In this document: positions 38,198 through 48,679 of the stretch, in pieces
Layout of the letters: each line of letters starts with the position of its first letter
Position numbering within the stretch: position 1 is the first letter of the stretch
DNA from: Mobula hypostoma
Lineage: Eukaryota
Assembly (NCBI RefSeq): GCF_963921235.1
Contig: NC_086108.1
Location: 63,986,001-64,050,000, forward strand
Length of the DNA: 64,000 nt
Direction: 5' to 3'
Program-made: the position numbers and the translations under genes
Notes under the pieces: model-generated
Database searches by the model: none
What the model saw: the letters and a program-made list of their open reading frames with translations, nothing else
Told to the model about the DNA's origin: nothing

Positions 38198-38289
38198 TAA
38201 TCAATGGTTATACACCAAGAACCATCAGGTTTCTGGGATGCCAGTAATAAGGGTTGCCATAGCAACAGCAGCGGTCCCAGAACCCTGGC

Positions 38290-39803
38290 CATACCTAGGT
38301 GACAGGCTGAGTTAACCTGCCATGCAGGGTCCAATTCACCCACATCTGGATATAACCAGGGAATGTCCTTCTTTTGAAATTAACTTTACATTCCAGGGTA
38401 GACCAGTCCCTCTATCTGGGCTATTAAATGCAATCCACCTGGGTCACAATGTTCATGATATAACACACAAAGAACATCAAGAGACACACCATCATTTTCT
38501 TCAGCAGGGATAGAACCATTTCCTTTCTACTAAGCGGGAAGAGGAGCTCCTTGATATCGACTGCTAAGGCACAGTCATGGCTGCTTTGAAGCATTCCTAG
38601 TTCCATTAATTAGGCACTAAGAATTCCCTATTGCTGCCAGAATTTAGAAGAGCCTTAGCCTGCACCTGTTCCCAATCTACATCTGACCCTTCAAGTTGGG
38701 CCAATAGATTGCTAGTTTCTGCCACAGTCTGACACTCAGCTGGCCCTCACAGAGCCAGCAAGATGATTCTTCACCATGAAGGTCCCCATTCTATCAATCA
38801 GGCGCACATACCAAGGGAAAGGGGTCAGCATCAGGGCTATTAAAGGCATTCTTATTATTATAAATGTCAGATTGCATTGCCATATCATGGAGGCATGAAA
38901 TAACCTCCAGCGGGGTTTTCCAAGGATGAGGAGATGCATCTGAATCCAAAGGGGCAGGGTAGAGAGCACAGACAGCTTGTATGACCATTGTCCACAGGAA
39001 CCGTTCAGCTCTGTTATCCAGACCCTAACTGAATCAATTCATGCACATTAAAAAACTGACGGGAAGCTACAGAAACCTATAGGCAGGTGTGCCAGCTGGG
39101 CAAGGATTCCCCTGGCCGCTGATGGAGCCTTTGGGCTAAATCCTGTAACTCAGCGATGGTGTAGTTGTGGATAGTGGTCTCAGTTGTGGTAGGGTCAGTC
39201 ACTGGAGCTTGATTTTGTTCATCAGCATTCTGGAGGTCCTCTTTAACTTTTACATGTCTGAGGGGGTGCACTTCCATCCTCAACTGAATCATCATCATAT
39301 CAGGTGTCTCCAACCCAAGTACCTGAGTCCCAGTTCTGCAGGACCATAGATCGTACCTTTACAGGATCCACCACCATGTGCCTGTGCTGCATGCAGCACT
39401 TTTACACCATCATAGCCACTCTACATGCCACAGAAACCTGTTTCGTTTCAGAACGTTCAGCACGTTCTTGCACTGCACATTGTTGTTTCACTTAAAGTAG
39501 TGTCAACAAAACTCGAAAAGGCCAACTTGCACTGCATTTGGTTGTCTTCCACTGAGAGTTCAGCTGTTTCAGTACTCAACTGCTACAATAAGTCATAAAA
39601 ATCTACCTTACTTGAGGCAGAAAATCCCTCCTGGAGGGAAAAACTATATGCTTAAGGCATTGTGATACTACACATGGAAATTTAACATCAGACAATTCAG
39701 TAAGTACCTTCTCCCAACATCTGGGAGGACCCCATTTACTCAGAACATTAGCCAGTGATTCAAAACCCTCAGAGTTATCCATGCTTTCAGGGAGGTGAAT
39801 CAT
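38290..39803 (-). pseudogene. gag: ERV gag (class III-like), decayed
   Basis: ORFs 39603-39803 (LANVLSKWGPP..W), 39077-39313 (YTIAELQDLAQRLHQRPGESLPSW) and 38794-38988 (PWKTPLEVISCLHDMAM...PDADPF). No CCHC knuckle seen. Confidence 0.75.
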
Positions 39804-39835
39804 TCAATTGCTTGTCCACCACCACCTATTCCTGG

Positions 39836-39853
39836 ACCCTGTTTGCAGCGCCA
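39836..39853 (-). promoter_or_regulatory. Primer-binding site, tRNA-Ser-like
   Basis: TGGCGCTGCAAACAGGGT begins 3 nt after the LTR-terminal CA. It matches 15/18 to the complement of the vertebrate tRNA-Ser(UGA) 3' end (TGGCGCAGCGAGCAGGGT, recalled from memory). Confidence 0.7.
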
Positions 39854-39856
39854 AGG

Positions 39857-40560
39857 TGCTGGATTAATCTATTGACTGTTCAAAAGATGTGGTTATAAGC
39901 ACAATAAAGTAACTTAAGCTTAATTTAGTATCATAAAATAGAAAGCATGAATAAACCATACAAAATACTACAGAGCAGGCAATAAAGTTTTCTGCAAGGC
40001 CTAAAGATTTCAGGGCTCACGATTGTTAGTAACCACTTGATTGTTGTTGTTGGGGGAACTCCGAATTCAGACTAGCTCGTGAAACCGCCTCAGGTCCTAA
40101 ACACTAGCTATTTCCAGTCCTTGGTTGGAGTCTAATGAAGCTGGGAAAGGAACCCCCATTAATACAAGTTTTAAAAGCACAAAGGCACACGGAGACAGAC
40201 AAACTCTTCGATCTTTTGTGTCAACACAGCCTATTTTTTTCAAATACATTCTGTGGCTTACAGAAGGGCATTAATGTTTACATATAAGCGATAAGCCCAA
40301 ATCCCAAAATAATCCATCAAGGGAACTATCAAACTGCTTGACAGATATTTGCATTTTAATGATGGCTGAGACTAAGAAAGAATCCAGCTACTATCAGCAA
40401 ACATTCTACAGACGTTAATAGACCTACAGTGTTTATCTCGCACAGACACAACACAAACATTACCCACTAACAGACACACATGCTACAAGAACAGAAAGAG
40501 CTAAATTGTCATTCTGACCTTCCAGACATTCCTCCATTTTACAAACTGTGATATAAAACA
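39857..40560 (-). repeat. ERV 5' LTR (~704 bp)
   Basis: The minus strand starts TGTTTTATAT and ends AATCCAGCA, adjacent to the PBS. The first ~185 nt are homologous to 33398-33584. Confidence 0.8.
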
Positions 40561-40852
40561 GATTCACCCTTTAGAGGACCAGAATTTACATTAGTTACTC
40601 ATATGTCTTTATGACTTTGTATACATATAGAGCTCTTACTATGTGTGTGTGTGTTTTTTAAATATTTCTTGCTACCTGACTCTCACAATCTGTGTTTTTA
40701 ATATTATTTTTATTATTGTTTTCCTACAGTTACAGCTACAAACTCAGTGCAAGGGAAAACCAAATGAATGTGAAAATGCATTGTGGTTGAGTTCATATCT
40801 ATGCAGATGGTCAATTAAGATGGCCAACCCTTCCACATGTAATGGCTGACAA

Positions 40853-41282
40853 TGTCACAGTGCCAACTGTTAATTCCCCAGTTTCTCCTAATTCCCTTTG
40901 ATGATGACACACCTGGTTTTCATCAAGACCTGCAGCATAAGAACCCCGGCTTTGCACCCACTAGTTGCCAGATTGTTGGTTTTGCCAGTGTGGTAATTAA
41001 CGCTTCCCAGCCGCTTGGGATTGTGTGTCCTAAGTTTTGCTTCAGTACCAAGACTTATCTGTGAAACTCAGTCTCTCCTGGTCAAGATCAGTTTTCTAAG
41101 TTTCCGAGGTTTACCTCTGAAACCCAGTCTCTCCGTGTCAAGACAAATTCTGCCTGTCTCCTGCCTTCCTGCCTTCCTGCTCTCCCTCCTGTTTGCCGTT
41201 CAATGCTCACACTCGCGTCTACATCCTAACTAAATCTCTGTGCCTGTGTCCTGCACTTGGGTTCACCTCATTCGTTGTAACA
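40853..41282 (+). repeat. Gypsy 5' LTR
   Basis: tgtcacag...ttgtaaca; about 90% identical to 45656-46087 by hand count. Confidence 0.95.
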
Positions 41283-41299
41283 GAATCGACCTGGCCACC

Positions 41300-42340
41300 A
41301 TGGACCCAGCGGTCATGAATACCCTTCAGCAAGCCCTCGCCAGCCAGAGTTCCCTACTGGGACAACACGACCAACTCCTCCGGGAGGTCATGGAGAGCCT
41401 TCATTCCCTGTCTGCTCACATCACGCAGATCGGTGACCAGGTGGACCACGTATCCACTCAGTTTACTCAATCCATTCCTGGAACTCTGTCTAACCAGCCC
41501 AGATAGCCCGTAGTGGCAACCCCCTACATGTCAGCAACACCCCCGCCAAGAGAGCCTCACGTACCTGAACCGGAGCACTCACTACACTGGAGTTTTGGGG
41601 AAGTGCCGGACCTTCCTCCTTCAGTGCTCCCTAGAGTTCAAACAGCAGTCGTCCACGTACTCCACGGATAAGTCAAAGATTGCTCATATCATGGGGTTGT
41701 TGCGGGGAAGTGCATTAGCGTGGGCCACAGCTGTTTGGGATAACCAACCGGATATCAGCTCTTCTTTCGCCACCTTTATCGCAGAAATGAGAAAAATCTT
41801 TGATCACCCTGTCCGTGGTAAAGACACCACCAAGTGTCTACTCACTCTTGGTCAGGGCTCACGCAGTGCTGTCGAATATTCTGTGGAGTTCCGGATGTTA
41901 GCAGCCGACTCGGGGTGGAACGATGAGGCGCTCCAAGAGGTATTTCAGAATGGTCTCGGCGACATGGTGAAAGACGAGTTGGCGGCAAGAGATGACACCG
42001 ACAGCCTGGATTCCTTGATCTCCCTAGCCACCAGGCTGGACAATCGTCTCCAAGAACGCCATAGAGAACTGGTTGTCCACCACCTTTGGCCACTCCACGG
42101 CACTCATTACCACCTCCCGCCAGAACAAGCCTCTCTCCTCCTGCTGCTTCTAGAGTAGCTCCCAGCCTGGCCATTTCCACCGCCCTGGGAGAGGAACCCA
42201 TGCAGCTGGGATAGAACTGCCTTTCCCCCACAGAATGACTCCGGAGATTGAGAGCGGGTGAGTGTCTATACTGCAACCAGTCCGGCCACTTCCGTGCTAC
42301 CTGTCCCCTTCGGCCAAAAATCGGAAGACTCACCAGTAGA
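41300..42340 (+). pseudogene. gag: Gypsy gag
   Basis: MDPA start, ORF 41595-42158 (FLLQC...ALAWATAVW...GWNDEAL) and zinc knuckle CLYCNQSGHFRATC. Confidence 0.92.
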
Positions 42341-45300
42341 AAGGGGAACCCTGGTGAGTCAGACAACATTCCCTTCCGTTCCCCGAGCCCGGATGCAGCT
42401 TCCAGCTACTTTACATTACAATCAACAATCCCTGCCTCTGTTAGCACTAGTAGACTCCGGCGCTCAGGGAAACCTTTTGGATGAAGACTTAGCTTTCCAG
42501 GCCGGAGTTCCTCGTGAGCCATTGAGTGCCCCCCTGGGAGCCCGGGCACTGAACGGTAGACTACTGGCCCGAGTCACACACTACACACCACCCTTGTCTC
42601 TCCTTCTCTCCAGGAACCATCAGGAACAGGTATGATTCAATTTAATTTCCTCTCCTCAAGCTCCTATAATTCTTGGGTACCCCTGGTTAAGCCATCATAA
42701 CCCCCACATTGACTGGTCCATTGGGAGGATAGTCAGCTGGAGTTCGTTCTGTCAATCCACTTGTCTACCGTCAGCCCTTTCCCCAGTGGAAGTCACCATA
42801 ACCTTGTCTGCCTCCAAACCCCCCCCCCCCGACTTATCTAAGGTTCCAGTAGAGTATCACGATCTGGGAGAAGTGTTTAGCAAGCAACGGGCTCTTTCCT
42901 TGCCTCCACATCGCCCTTACAATTGCGCAATTGACCTTCTCCTCAGAGCCCCTCTACCCACCAGCCGGCTGTATAACCTGTCCTGACCAGAAAGAGAAGC
43001 AATGGAGGCTTACCTAAATGACTATCTCGTGGCTGGCATTATCCGACCCTCATCTTCCCCTGTAGGCGCAGGTTTCTTCTTTGTGGGGAAAAAAAATGGC
43101 TCACTGCACCCCTGCATTGACTATCGTGGCCTGAACAGCATCACCATAAAGAATAAGTATCCATTGTCCCTTATCAACTCTGCTTTCAAGCCCCTTCACG
43201 GAGCCACAATTTCCTCTAAGTTGGACCTGAGGAGTGCCTACCACCTGGTCAGGATAAGGGAGGGAGATGAATGGAAAACAGCTTTTAACACCACCTGCCC
43301 GATCATTTCGAATACCTGGTCATGCCATTCGGTCTCACCAATGCCCCCGCCATCTTCCAAGCCCTGGTAAATGATGTCCTTAGGGACTTTATTAACCGTT
43401 TCATTTTCGTTTATTTGGACGACATTCTAATCTTCTCCCATCATTTTCAGGAGCACACCCAATACGTCTGTCAGGTCCTTCAGAGGTTTTTGGAGAACAA
43501 GATATTCGTTAAGGCAGAGAAGTGCGAGTTCCATGCCCGTTCTGTCAGTTTCCTGGGGTACATCTTTGAGAGCAGGCAAGTTAGTGCGGATTCCGAAAAG
43601 ATCCAGGCAGCGGCGGAGTGGCCAAATCCCACGAAGCTCAAACAACTCCAGCGATTTTTGGGGTTCGCAAATTCTACCGTCACTTCATCGGGGATTACAG
43701 CTGGGAGGCAATGCCCCCTACTCAACTCACCTCTCCTGCGACCCCTTTTCACTGGACCCCCGAAGCGGACTCAGCCTTCTCAGAGCTGAAGAAGTGTTTC
43801 ACCTCCGCTCCCATCCTGGCTCAACCTGACCCTTCTCGCCAATTCATTGTGGAGGTTGACGCCTCCAACTCTGGGGTGGGAGCAGTCCTCTCTTAATGCT
43901 CTGTCCCAGACCAAAAGCTCCATCCCTGCGCCTTCTTCTCTCGTCATCTATCCCCCACCAAATGGAACTACGATGTTGGGAACCGGGAGTTACTGGCCAT
44001 CAAACTCACTTTGGAGGAGTGGAGGCACTGGCTGGAGGGAGCTGAATATCCATTTATCATCTGGACGGACCACAAGAATCTCACATACATCCAAACCGCC
44101 AAACGCCTAAATTCCCGCCAAGCCCGTTGGGCATTATTTTTTGGCCGTTTCAGATTCACACTCACCTATCGTCCTAGCTCCAAGAACGGGAAGCCCGATG
44201 CACTGCCTCGTCAATACGTCTCCAAGACCATCCTTCCACCATCCTGTGTGGTGGCTGCCCCCATCTGGGAGATCGAATCCATAATCAAAGAGGCCCAACG
44301 GACTCAACCTGACCCAGGCAATGGAACGTCCAATCGCCTCTTCATACCTGACTCTGTTTGGTGTCAGGTTCTCCAGTGGGGGCATACTTCTCGTTTCGTC
44401 TGCCATCCCAGAATTGATCAAACTCTGTCCCTTCTGAAGAGACATTTCTGATGGCCCTCCATGGATGCTGACACTCACTCTTTTATCTCTACCTGTTCGG
44501 TATATGCCCATGGAAAACCCTCCCATCGACCACCTGCTGGGTTGCCTTGTCCCCTACCTGTCCCTAGCCACCCTTGGTCTCACATTGCTCTGGATTTTGT
44601 TACTGGACTACCCCCTTCACATAGGAACACTGCTGTACTCACTGTGGTGGACCACTTCTCCAAAGCGGTGCACTTCGTAGCCCTTCTCAAACTCCCTACA
44701 GCCCGTGAAACAGCCAACCTCCTTGACTATCATGTCTTCCGCCTTCATGGAATTCCCCCTGACATCATTTCTGACCGGGGCCCCCAATTCATCTCTCAAG
44801 TCTGGAGATCCTTTTGTCAAGCCCTTGGAGCCTCAGTAACCCTATTTTCTGGCTTCCATCCGCACACTAACGGTCAAACGGAATGAGCAAACCAGGATTT
44901 GGAAGAAGCACTGCGCTGCATAACCACCAACAACCAGTCATCCTGGAGCACCTATCTCACTTGGGCGGAGTACACCCACAACTCCCTGGTCAGCACTGCC
45001 ACTGGAATGTCTCCCTTCGAGTTATCAACCCCCTCTGTTTCCTGCCCATGAAGATGACATTGTTGTGCCTTCAGTTCAGGCCCATCTCCGCCGGTGCCGC
45101 AAGGTCTGGAAGGATGCACGCGCAGCCCTGCTCTGCTCAGCTGACTGCAACCGGAGGATTGCCAATCGCCATCAAATTCCTGCACCCAGTTATCGACCTG
45201 GGCAGAAGGTTTGGCTCTCTTCTAAAGACATCCCCCTCAAGAATGAATCCAAGAAGCTCGCCCCTCGCTACCTCGGACCATTCAAAATTGACAGCATTAT

Positions 45301-45640
45301 CAACCCCTCGGTGGTCAGACTCAAGCTGCCTAGATTTATGCACATTCATCCCACATTCCACGTCTCCCAATTAAAACCTGTGTCTGTCAGCCCTTTGTGC
45401 CCTCCTGCTGAACCTCCTCCACCCACCCGGATCATTGACAACTGCCCAGCCTACACTGTCTGGTGAATACTGGATGTGTGCCGCTGAGGCAGGGGTCTCT
45501 AGTACCTGGTCGATTGAGAGGGATACGGCACTGAGGAGTGCACCTGGATTCCCCGCTCCTTCATCCTGGACCCTTCCCTCATCCGTGATTTCCACTGAGT
45601 CAATTCGGACAAGCCTGGTCATTGGCCTGGAGGCTCCCGT
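42340..45640 (+). pseudogene. pol: Gypsy pol (PR, RT, RNase H, IN, chromodomain)
   Basis: [37 protein letters not shown]...SDRGPQF...[14 protein letters not shown] and chromodomain YLVD*EGYG.EE..W. Several stops and frameshifts. Confidence 0.95.
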
Positions 45641-45655
45641 TGGGGGGGAGGGTAT

Positions 45656-46087
45656 TGTCATAGTCCCGACTGTTAATTCCCCATTTTCTCCTAATTCCCT
45701 ATGATGACGGCACACCTGGTTTGCATCAAGACCTGCAGCATAAGAACCCCAGCTTTGTACCCACTAGTTGCCAGACTATTGGCTTTGCCAGTGTGGTAAT
45801 TAACATTTCCCAGCTGCTTAGGATTGTGCGTCCTAAGTTTTGCTTCAGTACCAAGATTTATCTGTGAAACTCAGTCCCTCCTTGTCAAGATCAGTCTTCT
45901 AAGTTCTACTCCAGTTCCGACGTTTACCTCTGAAAGCCAGTCTCTCCATGTCAAGATAAATTCTGCCTGTCTCCTGCCTTCCTGCTCTCCCTCTTGTTTT
46001 TCGTTCAATGCTCATGCCTGCATCTGCATCCTAACTAAATCTCCGTGCCTGTGTCCTGCACTTGGGTTCACCTTGTTCGTTACAACA
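45656..46087 (+). repeat. Gypsy 3' LTR
   Basis: Follows the PPT; tgtcatag...ttacaaca, then TSD GACAA. Confidence 0.95.
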
Positions 46088-46694
46088 GACAAATAAACTC
46101 TGCTGGTGGCTTCTGATGAGATATGAGATATAGTCTGCACTAAGCCCTATTTAAGGTTGTAGCAAGATAGTTCAACTTTGAACACAGCAAAATTTTGGCA
46201 TGCACCAACATCAGCCTATATTGAATTCTCTATTGTGGAACTCAAGTTCTACTTCATCCTCTGGTGAGCTGGCATCAAATCTATCCTTTACCCCTGTTCT
46301 GTCTGTTGACCACTCATATCCATTGCTGCAATATGTATAAAATGTGCCTTGTGACATGTAGTCAACACCTGAACTGGTCTGAAACTGAGATGTAGTACCA
46401 AGTCTCTTCATCGTTACTGACTCCTTATTGTTCCTCCACTGTCTTGACTCAAGGGTATTCGGATGAAGAAATAAATCAAGGGAGGAAAGATAATGACTAA
46501 GATAGAATATAAGTCCAGAATTACTCTAATTGCAGCTCGTACATCAGAAAAAGAAGATAAGCCAAGCTGCAGTGGGATCTGAGCAGTGTATTAAATAAGA
46601 GATGTTGTCATCTTCGCTAGTTTTTGACTTGACTGTCTACAACTTCTGAAGTAATTGCCACTACTTCTGCCACGAGATACTGAAATGAGTTCAA

Positions 46695-47062
46695 ACATAG
46701 AAACATAGAAAACCTGCAGCAGAATACAGGCTTTTCGGCCCACAAAGCTGTGCTGAACATGTCCTTACCTTAGAAATTACCTAGGGTTACCCATAGCTTG
46801 CTATTTTTCTAAGCTCCATGAGTCCCTTAAAAGACCCTATCGTATCCGCCTCCACCACCGTCGCCGGCATCTCCTCTGAACCTACTTCCAAACACCTTAA
46901 AACTGTGCCCTCTCATGCTAGCCATCTCAGCCCTGGGAAAAAGACTCTGACTATCCACACGATCAATGCCTCTCATCAGGTAACCTCTCACCCTTCGTCG
47001 CTCCAAGGAGAAAAGGCCGAGTTCACTCAACATATTCTCACAAGGCATGCTCCCCAATCCAA
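46695..47062 (-). mobile_element. CR1 3' end with internal deletions
   Basis: (aacataga)n tail and ORF 46827-47057 (ELGLFSLERRR...RGHSFKV). Confidence 0.85.
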
Positions 47063-47449
47063 GTAACTGTTGTTCCTGTTGTCTTCAATTTTGTGCCTAT
47101 TACCCTGTGAGTAGTTGAAGTAAGAGTGCAACAGTATTCATTTAGGTGATGTGGATGACATGGTGTATAGTCTTGATAACTTGTGCAAGCTATACAATAT
47201 AGGCGTGATCTTATGTGCATTTGGAGACTGAGATGCAGACACTGCTTTTTTTGTTCAATATATGAGAGAATTGTCCTTGTACGAAACAACACCTGCATGG
47301 TGGGAGATTTCTGCCATCTTACCCTGCTGTATCACTCTACTTTCAAAAGGTGAAGTTTCCCGAAGAGACCTTGTGAAAATACTTCATCTCATATCTCATC
47401 AGGAGCCACCAGCTAAATTTAGTTGATGGAAGGTAATAGTATTGAAGAT

Positions 47450-48130
47450 CAAGAGCTCAGATATGGCACAAAACTTGTGGTCTACCCAACAGCATGATCC
47501 CTGCCCTCTTATATGTTTTAGTACCTGGACCACCAGCTGCAGGTAGCTCAAAGCAAAGGAAAATACCTGTGACAGTATCTCTGCAAAGTACTCTAAATAC
47601 ACTTGAAGGCTCAACAAACTGATGTTGATACGCCTGCATCCCCAGCATTGAGGCCCTAGTTTACCTAACTTTCAGTTCGCAAAGATCACATGCCAACACT
47701 AGATTCCTGAAACACATAATCAATTCCAAGCCAAACAAGGTAAGAGTTTATCAGAGAGAAAGAGGAAAGGAATCAAGAATATGCTCCAAGGAATGCAACA
47801 TTGCCACTGTCTGAGAATATCTGGCCCATCAGCAAAGTGCAAAAAGAACATCAGGACTAAACATAGAAACTTAGAAAACCTACAGCACAATATAGGCCCT
47901 TTGGCCCACAAAGCTGTGCCGAACATGTCCTTACCTCAGAAATTAAGGATTGACAGTGAAATCTTTAATTCTAAACATAAGGATTCCACAGAATCTCTGC
48001 TAAAACAATTGAAGGAGCAGACCAATTTACAGACTACCCACCATCCCAAGTTCCAGTCATAGGAACATCTATAGTTCCCACACTAGCCTTGTCAACCACA
48101 CAAAGCCCACAAAATAAGAGTGGAAGCAAG
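47450..48130 (+). mobile_element. Old RTE-like LINE 3' remnant, with a CR1 tail inserted at ~47860-47940
   Basis: 47468-47590 translates in broken frames to TKLVVY..A.IPALLY...TWT, resembling RTE C-termini. Confidence 0.45.
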
Positions 48131-48679
48131 TCATCCTCAATTCCTGAGCAGTGCCTGAAAATGAAAAGGTCATTGTGAGATTTGCCAGTGAGTAAGGGTG
48201 AACCATATGAATTTTAGATATTAGCCCTAATTAATGTTGTAATCCACAATTCATGCAACTTCTGGTATATTGACTTTGACGATGCCATCACTGATGTTAA
48301 CCACTGTGCAAAGGTGATGAGTTCCTGACAGAATTGGATCAAGATACTGTGGATGATCATGATGTGGGTTGACACCTGGCACTGAGCTCCAGAATCTGCA
48401 GCCTGTGTCTCAATTGCTTAATTCTGTATTTTTTTGTTGTATATTGTGCATGCAGATTGGCACTGGTGCTGCTTTCTGTACTTCTCACTAAATTGGGGTC
48501 AACCAGCAACCTACAAGCTGAAGGGTACAAAATGAAGGGTGACAACATAGATGGAATCTTATTTCAGCAAAAGCTGTGCTTTGGTCACTTTGTTCAAGGC
48601 ATCTGAACCAAGACAAAGTTAACTAGATCCATTAACTAGATGCATAGTCACTCCATGCCACAGGTCCAATATGAAACAC

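Larger units (their letters stand above)
33398..40560 (-). mobile_element. Class III (ERV-L/ERV-S-like, spuma-related) endogenous retrovirus; decayed provirus with nested insertions
   Basis: The minus strand carries, in order, LTR-PBS-gag-RT-tether-RNase H-IN-(env position)-PPT-LTR. Motifs closely parallel ERV-L Pol: PLGFWSRKLP..RYTEFEKQLIACYWALVETE, AWFTGGS...SQYTELIAV, APPTTKQKAQ...GYWR. Confidence 0.9.
40853..46087 (+). mobile_element. Full-length Ty3/Gypsy chromovirus (Sushi-ichi-like); ORFs disrupted
   Basis: Two TG...CA LTRs, TSD GACAA (40848-40852 and 46088-46092), PPT at 45642-45652, and gag-PR-RT-RH-IN-chromodomain order. Confidence 0.97.

Noticed and set aside
33398..40560. Endogenous foamy virus
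   Set aside because: The motifs match ERV-L-type Pol better, the PBS is not Lys1,2, and there is no long env or bel region.
41300..45640. Domesticated RTL1/PEG10-like host gene
   Set aside because: Flanked by LTRs and a TSD and broken by many stops and frameshifts; it is a dead retrotransposon.
46211..46411. 66-aa ORF in unique sequence (also 52692-52898 and 14751-14978)
   Set aside because: No recognisable domain or convincing splice boundaries; the lengths are expected by chance.
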